In this document: positions 53,908 through 59,184 of the stretch, one piece after another | Layout: each line of letters begins with the position of its first letter | Numbering within the stretch: the stretch's first letter is position 1 | Origin: Nanobdellota archaeon | GTDB taxonomy: Archaea > Nanobdellota > Nanobdellia > Parvarchaeales > Parvarchaeaceae | Length of the DNA stretch: 59,184 bases | Assembly (NCBI GenBank): GCA_021794235.1 | Contig: JAJYRE010000020.1 | Location: 1-59,184 of the forward strand | Reading direction: 5' to 3' | Program-made: the position numbers and the translations under genes | Notes under the pieces: generated by a model | Seen by the model: the letters and a program-made list of their open reading frames with translations, nothing else | Databases searched by the model: none | Told to the model about the DNA's origin: nothing

Positions 53908-55560
53908 ATGGAAAACAAAGATGAGTTAATAATGAGTTTTGATCCGAATACAATCCAACATTTAGGTATACACCTATACTCGACATTTCCACCAGTATTA
54001 TTGGAATTAATTGCAAACTCATACGATGCCGATGCTGAAAAGGTTTTGATTAAAATCGAGGAGGGGCCTAAAAAGACTGTCGTAATCCAGGATGATGGCG
54101 ATGGGATGACATTTGAGGAAATTAATGACAAATTCTTAAGGATAGGCAGAAATAGAAGAGAGGATGAAAGCAAGCAGAAAACTGCCAAGGGAAGGTTAAT
54201 TATTGGGAAAAAAGGACTAGGCAAACTATCTTTTTTTGGTATAGCAAAGAAGGTTACAATTTCTACAAGAAAAAATGGAAAAGAAAATAAATTTCTTATG
54301 ACATGGGACAGTATTAAAAATTCAAAAGACCGCGAATATCGCCCTAAAATACTAGATAAGGACAAGATTTGTTCAGAAAAAACAAATGGCACAACAATCA
54401 TCTTAAGTGATATAAAACGAGAAAGTCCATTTGATATTAACTCCTTGGCTGACAGTATCTCAAAATCTTTCTTATTTGATAAGGATTTTATGGTCATGAT
54501 TCAGCACGATAATGATGAGCCAGTTGTGATTACTAATGATAGAAAATATGAAAACATAGAAAAACAGATCTGCTGGAAGATACCTGAGGATGTAAAACTG
54601 GAATCTGATTATAAGAATAAAGAAAAAATATTGGGAGAAATAATAGCTACCAAACTGCCAATATCACCAAAATCTGAGATGCGTGGAATCACATTATTTT
54701 CCAGGAAAAAATTAGTAAATGTCCCTGAATATTTTTCAAGTAGCACATCTAGTCACTTTTTCTCTTATCTGACAGGCTGGTTACAGGTTGATTTTATTGA
54801 TGAGATTGAAGATGATGTAATATCTACAACTAGGCTATCTTTAAATTGGGAACAGGAAGATATGATTAGACTAAGAGAGTATTTGACACAATTAGTAGGG
54901 TGGCTACAGAATGATTGGAGAAAAAAAAGGGACGAAATTGGGAGAAAAGATATAGAGAAAAATACAGGTATAAACATTGATAACTGGTTTGAAAAAACAC
55001 CATTAGAAGTAAAGGAAAACTTAACCCCCATTGTACAAGCAATAATAAAAAATGAAGAGGTACCAGGTTATTCTAATAGTACAATAATACAAAAATTACA
55101 TTCGGTGTTACCTGAATATACGTACTATCACTATAGACATTTACATGAAGAGATAAAAGATGCCTCTGGGGGTGACTACAGAGATGGAGATTATTATAAT
55201 GCATTTAGTGAAGCGATCAAACGGTATATTAATACTGCAAAAACAAAAGCGAGTCCTATAAATGCTAAAAAAGATTTTGAAGCAATGGATATTATTTTTG
55301 GACCAGCAGCAAAATTGACTGTAATGAATGGTTATAAAAGGCGATCTGGAAATGAGTTTGATAGAGACACTAAGAAGAGTATAGAACTTGGTCAGAATCT
55401 GCTTTCCAAAGGTATTATTGAAGGGGGCAGAAATGGATTAAGCCATGAGGAAATAGAGGATATGAAAGTGTCTGGATTATTTACAGAAAAAGACTGTTTA
55501 GATATGTTGAGTGTAGTATCTCATCTTTTCAGAAGATTGGATGATGCAAAGTTAAGATGA
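53908..55560 (+). CDS. GHKL (Bergerat-fold, MORC/HSP90-like) ATPase fused to a C-terminal Ymh/TIGR02391-type domain
   Basis: N-box ELIANSYDADA, G1 box IQDDGDGM, G2 box GKKGLGKLSFFG, and a transducer-like middle region (RGITLFSRKKLV). The C-terminus (GDYYNAFSEAIKRYIN...GGRNGLSHEE...CLDMLSVVSHLFRRLDDA) matches the Hypoth_Ymh pattern as I remember it. Starts 15 nt after vsr. Confidence 0.8.
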   Translation: MENKDELIMSFDPNTIQHLGIHLYSTFPPVLLELIANSYDADAEKVLIKIEEGPKKTVVIQDDGDGMTFEEINDKFLRIGRNRREDESKQKTAKGRLIIGKKGLGKLSFFGIAKKVTISTRKNGKENKFLMTWDSIKNSKDREYRPKILDKDKICSEKTNGTTIILSDIKRESPFDINSLADSISKSFLFDKDFMVMIQHDNDEPVVITNDRKYENIEKQICWKIPEDVKLESDYKNKEKILGEIIATKLPISPKSEMRGITLFSRKKLVNVPEYFSSSTSSHFFSYLTGWLQVDFIDEIEDDVISTTRLSLNWEQEDMIRLREYLTQLVGWLQNDWRKKRDEIGRKDIEKNTGINIDNWFEKTPLEVKENLTPIVQAIIKNEEVPGYSNSTIIQKLHSVLPEYTYYHYRHLHEEIKDASGGDYRDGDYYNAFSEAIKRYINTAKTKASPINAKKDFEAMDIIFGPAAKLTVMNGYKRRSGNEFDRDTKKSIELGQNLLSKGIIEGGRNGLSHEEIEDMKVSGLFTEKDCLDMLSVVSHLFRRLDDAKLR

Positions 55561-55656
55561 GCATATCTATTAAAATTATTTCACAGGTTAAAGAAAGTAA
55601 GATTTACTATTTTTAGAACAATTTGAAAATTAGTGGCTCACTTTTAATTTAGTGTG

Positions 55657-55758
55657 AAATTAAATAATATTATAATTAGTATTATATAATATATAAAAAT
55701 AATCATATTTTTATATTCATTATAAATATAATTATTACAATAATAATATTATTATAAT
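55657..55758. other. ~100-nt almost pure A/T tract with palindromes, inside a 450-nt non-coding spacer
   Basis: I count only about 4 G/C in about 100 nt. Contains the 16-bp perfect palindrome ATAATAATATTATTAT (55740..55755). Just upstream is an 8-bp-stem hairpin, TTTAATTT-agtgtg-AAATTAAA (55643..55664). Confidence 0.6.
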
Positions 55759-56010
55759 CCGTGCTTTTATCTAACTTAAATTACTGTTTAAATAATTAAA
55801 ATATCATCTTTTTAACTCTTCCTGCTTTCCTACTCTTCACGGCCTAGAAGCGTCAAAGAAAGCTTCGACGTATTACACAGATCCATCAACAGGCACGAAG
55901 GACTTAGAGAAAAGTACCTGAAATAGTCTAATACAGATTAAATGAAAGCTATTTATAGTATAATACTTCATTTAATTCATTAAATAGTGATGAAAACAAT
56001 GGGGTAAAAT

Positions 56011-56640
56011 ATGTCTAATAAAAATAAACTAGAGGAGCAACTGGAGGATGTAAAAACATCAAAATCAGTATTGGATAAGTTACCGATAACCAAATCCGGA
56101 AAGAAAATAATCGGCTATATGAATGAAAATAACATTGAAGCGGCCAGAAAAGAGGCCAAGAGGGGATCAAAAATTACTGCGTGTGTATACGGCGCTATTG
56201 CATCCGCATCATACACCGCTGCAGGGCTAGGAGCTTACATGGTTAATAACCTGTCGCCAGACAAACTATATTCAGCACAGACTGGTTTTGGCTATGCCGT
56301 ACTTATTACTGTAGGGGGAGTCTCCGCGGTAATGGGCACTTATTTACTTAAGAATGAGCTGGAGACCTATTTTAAACCTGATGGATATATGAAATGGTTG
56401 AAAAATTCGTATGATTCAACCGTAAAACGACTAAAAAAGGACAACCAGCCACAAGCTTATACAAAGGACTGCGAAAAGGTTATGGGAAATATTAACGCTA
56501 TGAGTGAAGTAAAGCGGCTTAATAATATGAATAACTATGAAAATGTTGTAGGAGACATTAATGTTATAGGCGAGATAAAGCGACTTAATGCCGCAGAAAA
56601 TGAAAAACTCAGCAGTGAGCTTGAGAAGAGGTTGGATTGA
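56011..56640 (+). CDS. hypothetical membrane protein (2 Gly/Ala-rich TM), operon gene 1
   Basis: 209 aa. TM spans ITACVYGAIASASYTAAGLGAYMV and GFGYAVLITVGGVSAVMGTYLL. C-terminal short repeat: MGNINAMSEVKRLN / VGDINVIGEIKRLN. Confidence 0.55.
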   Translation: MSNKNKLEEQLEDVKTSKSVLDKLPITKSGKKIIGYMNENNIEAARKEAKRGSKITACVYGAIASASYTAAGLGAYMVNNLSPDKLYSAQTGFGYAVLITVGGVSAVMGTYLLKNELETYFKPDGYMKWLKNSYDSTVKRLKKDNQPQAYTKDCEKVMGNINAMSEVKRLNNMNNYENVVGDINVIGEIKRLNAAENEKLSSELEKRLD

Positions 56641-57098
56641 TGGTAAAATTCGATTTTAATTTGGAGCATCAGGACAAAGATACACAGAGTGAAATAAAAA
56701 AAGCCACACTCGAAGAGGTATTGATGTTCAATAAAATAGCTGACGCAGTAGTAAAGTACGGTAAATCCTATCCCATCTGCGGAGACAAACACTGCGATCC
56801 AAGCAATACTATAGGGTATGGCAGCGCACTACAAACATCAAAAAAGTTTCCCGATAATGGAGCGGTATTTGAAGTGAAGGGAAAATACACAAACAACGAA
56901 TCGCCGTATAATCTGGATAAGAACTATACTTTCAGCCTTGACGTGCGGGTTAAAAACTCGCCAGTTCTTCTGTATGAGCACAAGAAATCGGGAGAAGGAT
57001 ATGTTATGATAGAGAATCAAGGATCATGGAAAACAGCACTGAACACACTGAATCAGGAACTAACTGAATACGGGATGAGCGAAGTGCAGAATATATAG
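56637..57098 (+). CDS. hypothetical soluble protein, operon gene 2
   Basis: 153 aa. The start overlaps the gene 1 stop by 4 nt (ATGA). No family recognised. Confidence 0.55.
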   Translation: MMVKFDFNLEHQDKDTQSEIKKATLEEVLMFNKIADAVVKYGKSYPICGDKHCDPSNTIGYGSALQTSKKFPDNGAVFEVKGKYTNNESPYNLDKNYTFSLDVRVKNSPVLLYEHKKSGEGYVMIENQGSWKTALNTLNQELTEYGMSEVQNI

Positions 57099-57114
57099 AA
57101 TTTAAAGGAAATTT

Positions 57115-57771
57115 ATGAAAACACGTAAAAGTTTGGATAATTTTTTAGAAGCGCCTGTACAAAAGAAAGCCAAATTGGTCGGAACAAAGCATCTCGTTGG
57201 CGTTCTTGGTTTAAGCTCGGGAACCGCATTGACTGAAATCGATGTTCTGGACAGGTTGAATGACGTCAAAGCTGTAACTACGCCCACCTCTATTTCATAT
57301 ACGCCGGGCGGATACGATCTGCTGGGACAGCTAGCAAATAATCCTGTATATCACGATTTTTCGCATTTCCTTGTGACTACGGGCGTATCCGGAGGTCCTA
57401 ACAACACGTTGGGTATACTGGCGGCGGCCGCTTCCATGGTCGTTGGAGGATTGGCAGCAAGATCATATTTGAGAAGCGATAGACAGGAAGCTGAAACGGG
57501 GTATAAATCCGCCAAGGGCGCACTGTACAGCAAGGCGGCAGCGGCTGTTTCATTTTTGTCGGCGGGCATATATCTCGGCTCACAGTCATTCCTACCGGTT
57601 GTAAACGACGTACTCTACAAGGCACCTCTCTCCAGCATGGCTGAAGCGGCTATTGGAGGCGCTGCGCTGCTATCCAGTATATACACCGGATTAAGTTATT
57701 TAAGACAAAAACGTTTTGAAATAGCATATGAATCGTCACAAAAGACGACATTAGAGGATAATAAGGTATAA
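57115..57771 (+). CDS. hypothetical membrane protein (3 Gly/Ala-rich TM), operon gene 3
   Basis: 218 aa. TM spans LGILAAAASMVVGGLAA, AAAAVSFLSAGIYLG and AAIGGAALLSSIYTGL. Confidence 0.55.
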   Translation: MKTRKSLDNFLEAPVQKKAKLVGTKHLVGVLGLSSGTALTEIDVLDRLNDVKAVTTPTSISYTPGGYDLLGQLANNPVYHDFSHFLVTTGVSGGPNNTLGILAAAASMVVGGLAARSYLRSDRQEAETGYKSAKGALYSKAAAAVSFLSAGIYLGSQSFLPVVNDVLYKAPLSSMAEAAIGGAALLSSIYTGLSYLRQKRFEIAYESSQKTTLEDNKV

Positions 57772-57772
57772 A

Positions 57773-58303
57773 ATGGACGGCGATAAAAACTACAGAATAC
57801 CGAGAAAATTCGGCTTCGGCCTGGATGATCTGATAAGCAGCGGCATGTCAGAGTCCAGGAAGAGGGATTTTGAGATATTCAAGAGGGCCGAAATGATTGC
57901 AAATGATGATAATCTGGGGAAAGACAAGGACCTTTTTGCCTATATTGACGGAAGTTCTCCCACTTTCTCCGGCTCGGCTACATGTGATGACTTTGATATA
58001 AAGTACGTCCAGTATAGGGAGGGTATTCTGTCCAAACACTTAGCTATAGATCATCCCAGAGACGGCGTGGATATATTCAATGATAAAGAAACTGTCTGGC
58101 CATCCAGACTAGATATATATTATAAGGAAAAACCGATCTTCAGGGCAGAAAAATGTGACCTTTTTCATGGACCGGGAATAAGCAGAAAGGAAGTATATTT
58201 CAAGGTCGAATACGACGGTATGGACCCAGGTCTGAGAGCTAATCTATTGGAGAAGCTTACCGAAGGATCCAGGATAGCCAACTATCTGTTTTGGGGAAAG
58301 TAA
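57773..58303 (+). CDS. hypothetical soluble protein, operon gene 4
   Basis: 176 aa. Starts 1 nt after the gene 3 stop. Weak block similarity to gene 2 (LDVRVKNSPVLLYEHK/LDIYYKEKPIFRAEK; LNTLNQELTEYG/RANLLEKLTEGS). Confidence 0.55.
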   Translation: MDGDKNYRIPRKFGFGLDDLISSGMSESRKRDFEIFKRAEMIANDDNLGKDKDLFAYIDGSSPTFSGSATCDDFDIKYVQYREGILSKHLAIDHPRDGVDIFNDKETVWPSRLDIYYKEKPIFRAEKCDLFHGPGISRKEVYFKVEYDGMDPGLRANLLEKLTEGSRIANYLFWGK

Positions 58304-58352
58304 AGCCGTATGAACCGGGTTTATATATAAAGTAATCTCTAATAAGCAGGAT

Positions 58353-59184
58353 ATGACTACCAAAACTCTGGAAGAAAGGCTTAACATCGGTAAAAATAGA
58401 AATGAGCCTACCGTGAGTGTAATTCTGGCAACAAAGAACAGGCCAAAAAAGCTTGAAAAGTCCATAGAAAGCGTTCTCGGGCAGACTTACAGGGATTTCG
58501 AGCTCATAGTGGTTGACGGATCAGACAACGATTATAGCGCTAAGATAGTAAAAACCTTCGCGTCGCACGATCCCAGGGTAAAGTACATGGTAGACGGCGG
58601 CAACGGGCCCGCAGCAGCCAGGAACATAGGGCTGTACGGCTCAGGCGGCAGATACATAAATTTTCACGATGACGACATCATTATGAAACCCGACAAACTG
58701 GACGTTCTTGTCGACGGATTCGACGGCGAGAAAGAAGATACAGGGGTGGTATATTCCTCCCATATAGAAGTCTCCAAGAGAGGTACCCGTACCGTACCAA
58801 CCGCCTTAAAGAAGAGCTATTCGACGGATGCGGCTTATATACATAAAAAACTAACAAAAGGCTGCGTTGTCGATTCGAGCTCCGCGATGATCAAAAGAGA
58901 GTGTTTTGATAAGTCCGGCATGTTCGACGAGGACCTAAAAACGGCTGAAGACTGGGATATGTACCTGCGCATAGCCAGGAACTATAAATTCAAGTTCATT
59001 GACCGGCCCCTGTATACGTCGTATTTGGGCACGGATAACCTGCGTTTTGACATGACTAAATTTAAGGCGGCAAACAGGATTATAAGGGAAAAGACCGCTG
59101 ATTATATGAAAAACAGGGGAACCCTACAGTATCTAAAGTATAGGCTTTCAACATACTATGCTGCGGGAGCGTTCTACATTCTGT
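58353..59184 (+). CDS. family 2 glycosyltransferase (5' part; runs off the right edge)
   Basis: Not in the track because it is open-ended. My translation is MTTKTLEERLNIGKNRNEPTVSVILATKNRPKKLEKSIESVLGQTYRDFELIVVDGSDND...GPAAARNIGL...YINFHDDDD, the canonical GT2 N-terminal pattern. TATA ttatatataa lies 23 nt upstream. Confidence 0.85.
   Translation, partial: MTTKTLEERLNIGKNRNEPTVSVILATKNRPKKLEKSIESVLGQTYRDFELIVVDGSDNDYSAKIVKTFASHDPRVKYMVDGGNGPAAARNIGLYGSGGRYINFHDDDIIMKPDKLDVLVDGFDGEKEDTGVVYSSHIEVSKRGTRTVPTALKKSYSTDAAYIHKKLTKGCVVDSSSAMIKRECFDKSGMFDEDLKTAEDWDMYLRIARNYKFKFIDRPLYTSYLGTDNLRFDMTKFKAANRIIREKTADYMKNRGTLQYLKYRLSTYYAAGAFYIL

Noticed and set aside
53739-54497. 252-aa minus-strand ORF across the vsr/GHKL junction.
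   Set aside because: It is a low-complexity Leu/Ser/Phe/Ile-rich translation, typical of a shadow ORF in AT-rich DNA. It is fully overlapped by two plus-strand genes with strong family motifs.
55657-55758. The A/T tract as a chromosomal replication origin.
   Set aside because: There are no ORB-like repeated elements and no orc1/cdc6 gene nearby. An island junction or terminator region is the more parsimonious reading.
1-59184. Search for CRISPR arrays, tRNA/rRNA genes, integrases and transposases.
   Set aside because: By eye I found no regularly spaced direct repeats, and no cloverleaf-capable or rRNA-like segments in any spacer longer than 60 nt. I also found no ORF with integrase/transposase motifs. 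The absence is by inspection only; tRNAscan/Infernal/CRISPR finders would be needed for a definitive answer.

Overview
The window looks like an archaeal chromosome segment, probably from an acidophile (Thermoplasmatales-like or Micrarchaeota/DPANN-like). This assignment is from memory, not a search. It rests on four features:
- A/T-rich TATA boxes sit about 22-27 nt upstream of most start codons, implying short or absent leaders.
- One surface protein has a class III (type IV pilin-like) signal peptide.
- There is a plasma-membrane-type P-type H+-ATPase and a GH15 trehalase/glucoamylase-like gene.
- Several large surface proteins are rich in NxS/T sequons.

Gene content from left to right:
- Tandem PrkA-family ATPase/kinase genes.
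- Housekeeping genes: UPF0173 hydrolase, parvulin and FKBP peptidyl-prolyl isomerases (PPIases), rhodanese.
- The H+-ATPase.
- A compact NAD salvage/NADP cluster (pncA-nadE-nadK divergent from pncB), plus an unusual NAD-kinase-fold protein fused to a winged helix.
- An AAA+ ATPase.
- A glycan utilisation locus: GH15, a debranching-enzyme-like gene and a four-gene sugar ABC transporter.
- An isochorismatase and a major facilitator superfamily (MFS) exporter.
- A 1189-aa repeat-built surface protein.
- An M48 peptidase and a UvrD-RecB-nuclease fusion helicase.
- apt and prs.
- A pilin-signal surface protein.
- A roughly 9-kb block of ORFans (genes with no recognisable family) bracketed by two paralogous minimal protein-kinase-like genes.
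- A visibly AT-richer island of about 5 kb with two DNA-methylation modules: Zn-ribbon/Dam-like MTase/small convergent ORF, and dcm-vsr followed by a GHKL-ATPase/Ymh-domain protein.
- A tight four-gene operon of alternating membrane and soluble ORFans.
- The 5' part of a GT2 glycosyltransferase.

I found no rRNA, tRNA, CRISPR array, integrase or transposase.

The best candidates for something undescribed are:
- the dcm-vsr-GHKL/Ymh module and the adjacent four-gene operon;
- the NadK-like/wHTH putative regulator, with a perfect palindrome in the pncA/pncB divergent promoter;
- the kinase-like/HExxH pair.

All family assignments come from motif recognition by eye. No searches or computations were run.
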